Positions 25,404-38,470 of a DNA stretch of 64,000 nucleotides are shown here, piece by piece. Origin of the DNA: Stegostoma tigrinum (taxonomy: Eukaryota); contig NC_081360.1 of the NCBI RefSeq assembly GCF_030684315.1, forward strand, positions 48,183,424 to 48,247,423. The letters are read 5' to 3'. The position numbers and the translations under genes were made by a program. The notes below the pieces were generated by a model. The model did not search any database, was not told where the DNA came from, and was given only the letters and a program-made list of their open reading frames with translations. Position 1 is the stretch's first letter, and each line of letters opens with the position of its first letter.

Positions 25404-26270
25404 ATGTTCTGGAGCTTACCAGGGAGCAGGGTATTCTTGAATGGCATTCTGCAATGAGATAGGATTAATTATGTTCTCAAAGGGAATGCACTCGCGGGTA
25501 GTAGTAGCCTTTTAACATGATTGAATTTTATGTTTAGTTTGAGAGAGAGCAGTGGGTCTGAGATTATTTTTAAAATTTTAAAGGAAATTATGAGAGCCTT
25601 GAAAGCAGAGCTGGCCAAATTGATTTGACAAATTAGTTTAAAGGATAGGTAAATAGAGATGCAGTACTGACCGTTAGAGGGATATTTTAGAATACATGGA
25701 ATAGATCCTTTCCAGCGATTAAGGAAAAATTGCATGGAGTGAATCCATCATCAGATTAACTAAAAGGATAAACTGATAGTTGTGGAGTCATACAGCATGG
25801 AAGCAGGCCCTTGGTCCAACTCATTCATGCTGATCAAGTTTCCACAACTAGACCAGCTCCACTTGCCTGCGTTTGGCCCAAATCCCCCTCAAACCTTCCT
25901 ATGCATGTCCATGTGCAATGTCTGTTAAACATTGTAACTGTATCTACATCTTCCACTTCCTCTGGCAGTTTATTCCATGTACAGACCACCTGCAAAGCTA
26001 AGTGGTACACAGGCGATTAAACAGAACATAGAAAACAGTAAATAATGTCCAAAAAGTTAAGAAAGAGGGAAAATTTAGAGTGAAAAGCTGAAGAAGAAAG
26101 AGTTAACAAACCGAAGGTTGGCCCTTTAAAAAGTGAGACTGGAGAAATAATAATGGAAAATAAGAAAATGGCAGATGAATTGAGCCGTTATTTTGCATCA
26201 GACTTGACAATAGAGAATATAAGCAATATACCAGAAGCTATGATAGATCACAAAATGAAAGTGAAGGAGG

Positions 26271-26558
26271 AATGGTGACTCAATGGGTAGCACTGCTGCC
26301 TCAGCGCCAGGGACCCAGGTTCAATTCTGCCGTCGGGCCACTGTCTGTGTGGAGTTTGCACATTCTCCCCATGTCTGCGTGGCTTTCCTCTCTCAGTCCA
26401 AAGATGTGCAGCTTAGGTGGATTGGCCATGCTACGTTGCCCGTAGTGTTCAGGGGTGTGTTACTTGGTGGATGAGAAGGGGATGGGTCTGGGTGGTATAG
26501 AGGGTTGGTGTAGACTTGTTGGGTTGGAGGGCCTGTTTCCACACTGTAGGAATTCTAT
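26271..26558 (+). mobile_element. HE1-like V-SINE
   Basis: Colinear with the 10022 SINE (gggacccaggttcaattc, ctgtgtggagtttgcacattctcccc). Confidence 0.82.
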
Positions 26559-26832
26559 GTGAAATGTGAAAACTTCGGGGAAAATCACAGTTGCCTCTTG
26601 TTGGATATCGTCATTACCTCACATAGTGGGTTGTGAATGTTTCTTGGACATTGTGAAAGCCATGCTGCACTTGCTGCAAAAATGAGACATGTTATGTTCG
26701 TTTTGGGGACTTGGGATTCCCAACAACTTCTGATGTTTTACCTCTAGCAAAAAACCTCACTGTCATGGAAAAATTCTGGTCTCTCCTATCAGTGTAAAAA
26801 CATAAATGCAATAGTTATCCATTAGCAAATTG

Positions 26833-27635
26833 AATCATGGAGATGTATAGAACGGAAACAGATCTTTCAGTCCAACTTGTCCGTGCTGACCAGATGTCCT
26901 AAATAAATCTAGTCCCCTTTGCCAGCATTTGGCCAGTATCCCTCCCATATACCCATCCAGATCCCTTTTAAATGTTGAAATTGTACCAGCCTCCACCACT
27001 TCCTCTGGCTCCTCATTCCACACACAACCACCCTCTATATGGAAAAGTTGCCCCTTAGGTCCCAATTAAGTCTTTCCCCTCTCACTTTAAACCTACGTCT
27101 GCTAGTTTTGGACTCCCCCCACTGTAGGGAAAAGACCTTGTCTATTTACTCTATCCATGCCCTTCATGATTTTTTAAACCTCTCACGGGTCATCCCTTAA
27201 CGTCTGATACTCCGGGGAAAGTAGCCCCAGCCTATTCAGCCTCTCCCTATAGCTCAAACCCTCCAACCCTGCCAACATCTTTGAAAATCTTCTTTGAGCC
27301 CTTTCAAATTTCACAACATCTTTCCTATAGCAGGAAGACCAGGATTGAACGCAGTATTCCAAAAGTGGCTTAACCCAAATCTTGTACAGTTGTAACATGA
27401 CTTCCCAACTCCTGTACTCAATGCACTGTCCAATAAAGGCAAATGTAACAAAAGCTGCCTTCACTACCCTATCTACCTGTGGCTCCACTTTCAAGGAACT
27501 ATGAACCTGCACTCCAAGGTCTCTTTGTTCAACAACACTCAGTCAGATGTTACCGTTAAATGTACAAGTCCTGCCCTGATTTGCCTTTCCAAAATGTAGC
27601 AGGACATGTTTATCTAAATGAAGCTCCATCTGCCC
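26833..27635 (-). mobile_element. CR1/HER1-like LINE 3' fragment
   Basis: ORF 27183-27512 QVHSSLKV..VKPLLEYCVQSWS..LSYRERLNRLGL. Confidence 0.85.
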
Positions 27636-29254
27636 CTCATGGAAGTGGTGTACTGTAGTGAATTTCTCAAATAAAAGGCATTGGGCTGAAACACTTTTTT
27701 TTTGGCTGAGTGTGAGCTATATTGATTTTGGTGGAATGATTCTCACTGCAAGGTTGAGTGAGTTGGCTTGCTATGTTTTGCCAACGTCACCATGGTAATT
27801 GGGATTTCAAGCCACATAGTCAACATCATGTCTGATTTTAACCCCATCTCACCACACAAGTTCACAGTGGAATTTGCCGCTCACCGGAGATCCTGAAAAT
27901 GACTGATGTTCCTCGTGCCAGCACCATATTTAAAAGGCAGTTGTGGTCCACACAATCACCATCAGTCTGGAGCTTCCTGGATATTTGCCGTGGACGTGGT
28001 GCACAAGGGGAAATCAGTGCCCCGCTTTGCAGTCCTAATGGGTAGGGTGGTGTGCAGGCAGAAATTACTTCTCCTCCAGTGGAAGTCATGACCCTGCACC
28101 ACGCCAGTCATGTCCAAGTTTTCCATCCAGGCTACAGCAGTCCCAGTCGCCTAGAGGAGTGTCCAGCACTGTAGAAAGGAGATCATTGTCTTTCTCCACT
28201 CCACTATTTTCTCTCTGATATCTCTCATTTCCCAAATTTCTACTTTTGCGCCCATTTCACCCCAAGGCTCATGTTCGACCACTCTCACTATGCCTGCAAT
28301 ATCTTCTTTCACTGACTGACATCCACCCCAATGTGCTACACTACTAGCCATACATACTGCACTGCCTCACCACTCACTAAGGACACATCCCCACCTACAC
28401 CAACACAAATGGGTGTGCCGCATACTTTCTTCTTTCTTAATACTTGTCTCTGGTAAATGGATCTCAGTAGGGCAGAAAGACTTCAGGCAGATAGTATACT
28501 GCCCTTCATTTGGTTCCTCACCCCTTTATCAGCAGCAGATCCTGACTGTCCAGCCCGTAAGTTGAGTTCAGTGTCTGTGCATAGTGTCCTTAAAATGGCA
28601 CGTGCAGAATTCAAGTGCAGAAGTGTCCTGTAAGTGGATTAGATATGTGACATGAGAGTTCATATGAATAATACACCAGATGCCAATGCCTGTGGATGAA
28701 GGGTGCATCTGACTGGTGCCCACAGAGCAGGTCAGAATTGTTTTAGCCCAGTGTCCAACATAAAAAATTTTTGATGTAAATGGTGAGTTGTACCCACTCA
28801 CGTTTTTCTGATGGCTAGTTTTATGGTGAGTTTAAGATTAAAACCTTAGTTAAGTGGGCTGTTGAGAAAGCATTTAACAAGCAAAAAGAATGTCACTTGG
28901 GAACTATCTAGGCAAGAGGCTGTTGTTGCCTATCCAGAGTCTTGTTACACCACCAAGTAAACAAGATATGGCAAGATGAATTTGACATTGAGATGGGCCT
29001 TGCTGAACATCTCGCCATTGCCCACATTGCTCTAAGCATGATTAGATTCTGCCCAATGCCTTTCTCAAAAGATGAGCATTTTAATTCAGGTTTATTTACT
29101 TTACAAATAATATGATATTTACATTTACTCACATCCATAGGGTGTAAAAGATGTGAAACAAAAATATATTTTAAAATAGAGATGAAAGCACTTTGTTCAG
29201 CTATTTTATTTACTTTTATTAATTTTAGTTTTCAATGTTAATTTTTTTTGCTAG

Positions 29255-29415
29255 GTCATTAAAGGTCAAGCATTTGCCTGGCTATCACAACTGCGTCACA
29301 GATGGGATGATCATCATCGGCAGTGTTTCATTAATGTCTGTGATGCCCAGTTTCAGTATTCATATGAATACCTTGGTAATATGTCTCGGTTGGTAATTAC
29401 ACCTCTGACTGACAG
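29255..29415 (+). CDS. DNAH11: Dynein heavy chain exon: [17 protein letters not shown]...[17 protein letters not shown](R)
   Basis: tgctag|GTC, AG|gtagg, 161 nt; [15 protein letters not shown] at AAA1 entry; absent from the ORF track, translated by hand. Confidence 0.94.
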
Positions 29416-30539
29416 GTAGGGCCTGTTTGGATCCATTTACTTGTTCGAAGTAATCTAATAATTTAACATCTGTGAAGCTAGATCTGTACTCTCTTCATTA
29501 ATAGCAATGCACTTATGCAATTTAACATTTTCAAATACTTTTAAAAAATGCTTTTATACATTTCTCCTCATACATTATAAGGTGTCTTATCAGTTTGAGC
29601 ACTGACCACCTCAGATGTCCAATGTAAAGCCATTATCATCCTGAAATATGCAACAATAATGAAAATGTGGGTTGTACCTCCCTAATCCAGCAGCATCAGG
29701 TCTGGGCCTTTGCTGTACCAGAGAATATGCCAGATCACAGAATGATTACGGTATGGAATAAGACCACTCAGCCCATCTACACATCTCTCCAAATGAGCAT
29801 TTTGGCTTCGTGCCACTCTTACTGCCTTTTCCCTGTAACCCTGTACATTGTCTCCGTTTAAATAAATTTCTACCACCCTCTTCATTGTCTCAATTGAACC
29901 TACATTCACCACACTTCCTAGGCAGAGCATCCCATTACCTAACTACTCCCAATGTGAAAATATTTTTTCCGCATCATGCATCTGCCAGGAACCATTCTGC
30001 ACTCTATAAAGCTTTTACGTCGTTCCTGTTATGTGGACCCAGAATTGTGAACAGTACTTCAGCTGAGAACTGCATAAGCTCAAATGTCAGTGTCAGAACA
30101 ATTAGCACTAAAGTGAGAAACTTGTATTTGACTGATGGTCAGTGGCTGAAATGCTAATGAAACTTTTTAAGCCATCAAAAGCATATTCCATGCACACTGA
30201 GAATAATCTCCATCAAGTTGTCCTGTTTTGTGGCTTCACCAGGTTGACTTCTAATTTTTATGTATGCCTGGCACTACTCATGGCATTCCTTCCTACATTC
30301 CCACACTTCCATTGAACCAAGGTTGATCTTCTGACTTGATGGTACTGGTTGAGTGGGGGATGTTCCAGGCCATGAGGGTGCAAAGTGTGCTGGAGTACAG
30401 TTCTACTGTAGATGGCCCACAGCACCTCTTGGGCACCCAGTTTTGAATTGCTCGATCTCTGCGAAGTCTGTCCCAGTTTACACAGTGCCACACAACTTGA
30501 TTGAGGTTATTCTCAATGTGAACTTCCGTAAAGTTGTGT

Positions 30540-33300
30540 AGCAATTTTGTTGCAGTCACTGAGATATGATTGGAGAAGGCTAGGACTGGCAGCTTGACGT
30601 TACAGTGTATAAGATATTCAGGTGGGATTTTTGGGGGAATGTAAAAGAGGTAGGGAAACGCATTATTGTTAGAGGAAGCCATCACTGCATTAATGAGGGA
30701 GGATGCTCAAGATGTCTCTTCGAATTAGGCTATCTGGGTAGACCTTAGAAATAAAAAAGGATATTCACTTTTCTGGGATTATAAAACAGATGCTGAACAG
30801 TTGGGGAGAGGGAGGAGTAGATATGTAGGCAAATTACAGTAAGGTGAGAGAGGATCAGGGTTATAGTTGTAAGGGTTTTCAACTTTGCTAACATTAACTG
30901 AGAGCACCTTAAAGCAGAAGGATTTGACGGAGTGGAATTTTTAAAGTGCTGCAAGGAGAGTATTTTGTGTCGATACATAGTCTTACTAGAGATAGAAAAC
31001 AAACCTTCCAGCTCAGCGAGCAAACTTACATTCAGAACCTCAACCTGAGCTACAAATCTTCTCAAAACTCCCTCGATAGGACTGTTTTAGAATTAATCCT
31101 AAGTCAAGTGGTTTAAGTTTCAATGGGTGAGAATTTAAAGTCATTATGGAAAGGGTTAAGGGTTTGCAGAAGTCGTGTTTCTAAATTGGGGGTGCGGAGG
31201 TGAGACCAATTTCAATATCACCAGACAGCACTTGGCAAACGTAGACTGCGAGAAGTTACTTGCAAGTAAGTCTACATTTGCAAAGTGGGATTCTTTTCAA
31301 CCTAATCTAATGAGAATTCGTGCTGTAGCAAGAGTGAAGGACAAAGACAGCAAGTCTAGGGAACCCTGGATATCCAGAGATATTCAAGAGTTTGATAAAA
31401 GAAAAAGAAGGAAGCTTGTGTCAGGTACAGCATTCTAAAAACAGGGAAGACCAGTCAAAAGTATTGAGAGTATGGGAGCTTGCTTAAAATGAAATAAGGA
31501 GGGCGCGCAAAATATCTTTGGCATATTAGATTAAGGAAAACCCCAAGCCTTTTATTAGTATATTAAGCTTAAGAGAGTTACCAGGGAAAGACTGGAACCT
31601 ATTAGAGACCAAAAGAGCATCCTGTGAGTGGAGCCAGAGGATGTGGGTGAGATCTTAAATGTGTTCACAGAAGAGAAAGTCATTGTACCCAGAAATTTCA
31701 GTTGGGATTGTGAGTTTCTGGAATGTGTTAAGATTAATGATGAGGCATTAGATGTTTTAGTGGGTGTAAGTATGCAAAAGTCTCAAGATCTGATGAGGCG
31801 CATCCCAGGTTGTTATGAGATGTATGGGAGGATATTGGTGGGGCCCCGAGCAGCTCTCTGTAATACTTCACTGGCTACAGGTAAAGTACCAGATGTTTGG
31901 AGGATAGTTATTGTGGTTCCTTTGTTCAAGAAGGGCAGCAGGAGTAGGTTACGTAATTACAGATCAGTTACATTGACATCAGTGGTAGGGAAATTATTGG
32001 AAAAAATTCTCAGGGACAGGATTAATTAAAACTCGGAAAGGCAAGGATTGATTCGGGATTGTTAGCATAGATTTGTTAGATGATCCTTGCTGACTAATTT
32101 AACTGAGTTTTTGAAAGATGACTAAATATTATTGATGTGGGTAGTGCAGTTGATACGCTTTGCATGAACTTCAGTATAAGGCCTTTGACAATACCACATT
32201 TGGAGGCTGATCCAGAAGATAAAAGCCCATGGGATCAAAGGCAAGTTGGAAAACTGGATCCAGCATTGGCTTACAAGTAGGAGGCAAGGGATGATGGTAC
32301 CCTTTGTGATTGGAAGCCTTTGACCAGTGGTGTACCACAGGGATTATGCTGGGACCATTGTTGTTTGTTATCTACTTTAATGACTTGGACATGAACATAG
32401 AAGTCATAATTAGTAATTTTGCAGATGCCATGAGAATTGGTGCTGTTGATATTGAGGATGGTCGCAGGCTACGGTCTAATATTGATCAGCTAGTAAATTG
32501 GGCAGAGCAATGGCAGAACTTAATCCTGTTAAATGCAAGGTGATGCATTTTGGGAGGTCTAATAGGGAAGAATATACACAATGACTGGTAGATTCTTAAG
32601 GAGTAACGAGGAACAAAGGGACCTTGGTGTACGAGTTCATAGATCCCTGAAGATGTCAGCACAGGTAGACAGGGTATTGAAGAAGGCATATGGGATGCTT
32701 TTCTTCATTAGTCAGGGCATAGAATGTAGGAGCAAGGAAAGTCTTGTTACAACATTGATTAGGCCACAAATGGAATACTATGAATAGCTCTGGTTGCCAT
32801 ACTATTGGAACGGCATGATTTTACTGGAGAGGGTGCAGAGGAAATTCATCAGGTTGTTGCCTGGGATGAAGAGTCTCAGTTAAGCGGAGAGGCTAGATAA
32901 ACTGGGTTTGTCTTAAGGAAGCAGAGGCTGAGGGGAGATCCAATTGAGGTACACGAAGGTATAGATATTGTAGATCATGAGTATCTGTTCCCTATGCCAG
33001 ACATGTCAAAGACCAGAGAGCACAGGTTTACAATGAGGAGTAAGTGGTTTAAAGGAGATCAAAGGGAAAAATACTTTCACCCAGAGGGTGGTAAAAATGA
33101 GGAATGTGTGACTGAGAGGGTGGTGGAGACAGATTGTCTCACAACATTTAAGCATCATCTGGATGAGCACTTAAAATAGCAGGGCATAGTGGGCAATGGA
33201 CCACATGAGTAAATGGGATTAGCGTAGTTTGGTGTTTGTTGAATGTCATAGCCACGGTGGGCAGAAGGGCCTGCTTCTACGCTGTGGGACTCTCTATGAC
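30540..33300 (+). mobile_element. Decayed CR1-like LINE (endonuclease, RT, 3' end)
   Basis: VVPLFKKG..NYRSV.LTSVVGKLLEKI, LGPLLFVIY.NDL..FAD, VHRSLK fragments. Confidence 0.85.
30995..31070 (+). mobile_element. Short 3' terminus of the Poseidon-type PLE family inserted in CR1
   Basis: aacctgagctacaaatcttctcaaaa is identical to the terminus at 46035-46060. Confidence 0.65.
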
Positions 33301-34625
33301 CGTAGGTGTCCAAACAGTCAATGGGCAATTGAGGAGCAGACATGTAGACAACTTACTAAGACATGTAAAAATAATGATAGGATTAGGGGATTTCAACAAT
33401 CCCAAAATTGACATAATCATGATATAAAGGGTTCAGGGGTGGGGTGGAGGGTGCAGATTTCTTGAAATATGTAAGAGAGCTTTTTATGTCAACATGTATA
33501 TGGTTCAACCAGGGGCAATACAGTACTCGACCTAATTTTGGGGAATGAAGCCAAACAGAAGTTTGAGGTGACAGTGGTGGAGCATTTTAGTGACACTAGC
33601 TGCAACACTGCTTTTGGTGCTTGTCGTCTTTTTAAAAGTTAGTCTGCAGAAAAGGGTTTTGGATTGTAGGAGGCATATTTTATTAAAATAAGGCAGGATG
33701 TAGCCAAAACAGACTGGCAGACAATACTTAGGGGTAAATCTACAGCAAACTAGTGGTAATCATTCAAAAAGGAACCGGGACAGTACAGGCCCAACGTATT
33801 CCCTTTATTATGAAACATGGGAGCAACAAGCTCAGAGAACTGTGGATATCTTGGAATAGTCAGGACTGGGCTAAAAGGAAAAGTGATGTATACAGGTACA
33901 GAGGGAGCAAACAGTGGAGGCCCTAGAGTAGTGTAGGAAGCCGTCTACCACCGCCCTGTCACTACGCCAATTTTGGATCCAAGTTACCAAGGTAAACTGG
34001 ATCCTTTGAGTTTTTACCTTCTTTATCACTTTAAGACCTTGTCAAAAACCCTGCTGAAATCCATAATAAACTACATCAACTGCACTATCCTTATTAACAG
34101 ACTTGGCCACCTCCTTGAAATACTCCACCAAATTTGATGGGCATGACTTCTTTCTGACAAATCCATACTGACCATCTTTGATTAAACCTTTCCTGTCTAA
34201 GTGGGGATTATTTTTTTCTTTCACAGTTTTCTCCAATAATATCCTGATGACTAATTTTAGACTCACCTGGTCTATAGTTCCCTGGTATGTCTCTATTACC
34301 CATCTCATAAAATGGAACTACATTAACTGTCCCCTATTCCCCTTTACTGTGGCTGGAGATGACCTAAAAATTAGGGTCAGGGACCTTGTAATTTCCTCCC
34401 TTATCTTCCACGGCAACCTGGGATATGAGTTATCCTGACCTGAGGATTTGTCCTCTTCTTGAAACTCTGCCAAAGCTTCCATTACCTCCTAACATCAATC
34501 TACTCAAGGACTTCACAGTTCATTTTCTTGAATCCTGTTCTTGCATCCTCCTCCTCCTGAGTAAAAACAGATGTGAAGTATTCATTCAACATTCTACATG
34601 TTCTCTGGCTTGATGCACAGATTGT
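33300..34625. mobile_element. CR1-like remnant: + strand 33300-33940, - strand 33942-34625
   Basis: + part has GDFN/LDLILGNE motifs; - part has QYGFV.KKSC.SNL.EYF..VDVVY. Confidence 0.7.
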
Positions 34626-35326
34626 ATCTCGACTGCTTTCTGTGATAACAAATTCCACATGCTTACCATGTTCCTGAAGAAGAAATTTATCTGTGACTTA
34701 GTCCTGAATGGTTTATCCTTAGATGGTGACCCCTGGTTTTGGACTGCTGTGTCATTGGTAACAGTGATCTGGCATCTACCCTGTTTCTATAAGATTCCAC
34801 CCTCATTCTTCTGGACTCCAGGAAATATAATTTTAACAGATTCAACGCCTCTTGTTATGATCAGTCCTGCCATTCCAGAAAATGGTCAGGTAAACCTTTG
34901 CTGCATTTCTTCTTGATGTACTTGTGGGTAGTGGTGGCAATTTCTCCATTCCTTTACTGCTGGGTCAAACTCCTGCGATTCCTTTCTGAACAGCGCCGTG
35001 CTGTCTCTACACCCTGAAGGCTGCAGCAGTTTGAGAATACAGTTCCCGACCACCTTCTCCTGGACAATTAGGGATGGGGAATTAATGCTGGCATTGTCAG
35101 TGATGACAACCCCCCCGCCGACCCCGCAAAATGTCCCTGTAAACAAACATGAAAATAATGTTTTTGAGCTCAGCAAACAAACCACTGTATTCAGTGCAAT
35201 CAGACCACAGAATTATAGTGTTCAACCATGTTATCCTCCGATTTGTATAGTTCTATTCTGTCATACAGGGCAGCATTACATTTACTCAGTTGTTAGTTGT
35301 TAATTATGATTTTAATTGTTCCACAG

Positions 35327-35483
35327 ATGTTATATTACTTTAACTCAATCTTTGCATTTGACAATGAGTGGTGCACTATCAGGACCTGCTGGGACAGGTA
35401 AAACTGAGACCACTAAAGACTTGGGACGGTCATTGGGCGTTATGGTCTATGTTTTCAACTGCTCAGAACAGATGGATTACAAG
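35327..35483 (+). CDS. DNAH11: Dynein heavy chain exon, AAA1 Walker A: CYITLTQSL...[15 protein letters not shown]...[10 protein letters not shown]
   Basis: ccacag|A, AAG|gtaac, 157 nt; P1 loop GPAGTGKT. Confidence 0.96.
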
Positions 35484-37554
35484 GTAACTATATACTTTTC
35501 TGCAATATAATCATGAAAGTAATGAACTTGTGAGTTGAATGCAGCAAGTTAGATTTATTTAGAAATTGTCCTTTGATTTTTTTAAAAAATAATTCTGATC
35601 AGTCTTGTCTGAGTTAGAGGATGAGGCAGCTGTCATTTCTTGGTTTGGTATTTCATGCTGAAAGTTCCACTGTATGGAACTCGAGTATAGACTATCTTAG
35701 CCTTGACTTAAAGATAGTGGAATGAAAGGTTATGGGGATAAGGCAGGAACAGGATACTGATTGTGGATGATCAGCCATGATCATAATGAATGGTGGTGCT
35801 GGCTCGAAGGGCCGAATAGCCTACTCCTGCACCTATTGTCTATTGTAATACTGCCTAACTATCAAATTGCCTGTCAGCACTGACTCTTTAGGCCATTTCT
35901 GAATTCAGGCCCCAGCAGTAGGTGGATGGGAAGTAACTGACAAAAGAAATCCTTTTTAGAACCATTATCATCACTGGTTTATAAAGCAATCAGTCTTTAT
36001 TCAATTCACTCATGGGATGTGGGCACTGCTGGTTAGCCAGCATTTCTTGTGCCTCCCTAGTTGCCCTTGAGAAGTTAATGGCGAGCTGCTTTTTTGAACT
36101 GCTGTAGGTAGAGTTACAATGCTGTTATGGAGAAAGTTCCAGAATGTTGACCCAACACATTAATTGACTTGTTAAATAAATTGTATTCTCAAAACCACTT
36201 TTTTCTTATTTATTATTACAGTTGACTTAGGGTTATGTTGGCAATAATTAAATGAAATATCCATTTAACGAATAGATTTTTTGATTTAAGGGTAATTACT
36301 GGTATCAGGGTAATGCAAATTGTCATAGTAGTCCTGAATAAAAAAAAATTACTATATCAGCTAAATCGCATTCCTCCAATACACAGGCCATGGAGAGGAG
36401 CATGTTAGACATCGGCAAAAATTTGATGGTCGCATACCAGCTGCATAACATAAGCTCCAATAAATTTTCAATTTGTTATCATCTGTCATTGACCTCAGCA
36501 AAGTTGAAAATTACCCGAATAATTTTTTTTCTTGTGTTCCTTGGTGAATCTTAATCTCCAGCTTCAGCTTTGGTCCAGCTCATTTTTCCCACTAGAAAAC
36601 TAAAATAATTGATCGGTTAGGCTTACGTAATTGTCACGTTCAAATATGAAAGTAAGGGCGTAAGAATCAGGAGCAAATGTAGACCATACAGCCCTCAGAG
36701 TCTCCTCTTCAATTCCATACAATCATGGCTGACCTTCTGCTTTAACTCCACTTTCCTGTCAGCAGCTTTGTACTTGATTTTCTGAGAAACAAAATCGGTC
36801 TATCTGACTCTTAAGTATTTCAAAAACAGAACATCTACAGCCCTCTGGAGCAGAAAATTCAAACGATTTGCAGTGTTTTGTGTAAGTTTCTCCTCATCTC
36901 AGTCTAAAATTACCCTGGAATTGTGCCCCCCCTTATCTATATTCCCTGGCTGGGGGAAACAACCTGTTGTGCCTCCACAGTCAGACCTTTAATAACTTGT
37001 ATGTTTCAATGAAATCATCTCTCATTCTTCTAAACTAGAGGAAATTGACAAAATTTACTCAGTCTTTTCTATGACAAGCCTCTCATCCCAACAATCAATC
37101 TACTGAGCTGCACTGCTCCCAGAGCAAATGTAGCCTTGCTTTAAATGTAGATGTCGAAACTGTGCATAGCTCTCCAAGTGTAGTCTCCAATTCACCAGGA
37201 CTTCTTTAATCTTGAAATTCAGATCATTTGAAATAAACGCCAGCGTGCCATTTGCCTACCCAATTTCTCTCTGTACCTGTGTGCTAACTTTCTGACCCAA
37301 ATCTCTCAGAATAACAACATTTACGAGTTCCACGAGTTTAAAAAAAATTCCGTCTTTTAATTCTTACGACCAAGGTGAATAGCCTGCTACTTCCTCATGT
37401 TAATTTTAAACTGCCACTTTGCTGCCAACTCACTTAATCTTACCACTTTTTTTATAGCTTAGAAATATTAGTCTTGTCTCTTTAAGTTATTAATGTACAA
37501 TCTAAATGGGTTAGGCTAAGCACTGATTCTTCCAATACTTCACTAGATATTAGA

Positions 37555-37862
37555 TGGTACAGTGCTTGGCACTGCTGCCTCAGTGCCAGGGACCCCATGT
37601 TCGATTCCACCCTGTCTAAATGGCATTTGTACTTTCTCACAGTGTCTGCATGGATTTTTTCCTGATGCTCTGGCTTGCTCCCACAATCCAGAGGTGTACA
37701 GGTTAGGTGGATTGACGGTGCTAAATTGCCCCAGAGTGTCCAGGAATGTGCAGGCTAGGTGGATTAACCATGGGAAATGCAAGAATCGGGTGGGTCTTGA
37801 TGGAATGCTCTTCAGAACGTGCTGAATGGCTCTTTCTGCACTGCAGGGATTCTGTGATTCTG
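37555..37862 (+). mobile_element. Older HE1-like V-SINE
   Basis: ggcactgctgcctcagtgccagggacccc..gttcgattcc head, tail ctgcagggattctgtgattctgt. Confidence 0.75.
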
Positions 37863-38189
37863 TAGTCTGCGAAGATTAAACTGTGCTTTTTATCCCTACA
37901 CTTTCCTTTCTGCCCATTAGCCAAACCACTATCCATGTTAATATCCTAACCATATGTATTGATCTATGTATACAACCTTATTAAATGTCTTTTGAAAATC
38001 CACATACACCACATCTACTGATTTTTCCTTTATCTACCCTAGGTCACATCATTGAAAACCGAAGTTTGTCAAACACAATTGCCCCTTCATAAAATAATTT
38101 GACTTTTTGCTGGTCATAATATGATTTACTAAATGCATTCTTAAGACTTCAGCTGAACAGATTTTGCCATCCACCCTGACATATCTGTT

Positions 38190-38470
38190 TGCTGTGAGGC
38201 AGTGCTGCCCTGTCAGAGATGCCTTTGGGATGCATCATTAAATCAAGGTCGCAGTTGTCTGTTGAGGTAGTAGAAATGATGTCCTGGCCAATATTTATGT
38301 TGCAAGTAATACAGAAATCACAGTTATGTAGTATTTATCACATTGTTATTTGTGGAATTTTGCTGAATGCAATTTAACTGCCATTTCTTCTACGTTTTGC
38401 CTATGCCTCAAAAATGTACTTAGTTACCTGCAAAAAAAGTTTGATGTTTTGTGGATGTGCAAAGTAATAT
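38190..38470 (+). mobile_element. Deu-domain SINE remnant (SacSINE1/AmnSINE1-like)
   Basis: gtgctgccctgtcagagatgcc...gtcctggccaatatttat...atcacattgttatttgtggaattttgctg resembles the recalled Deu-domain consensus. Confidence 0.6.
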
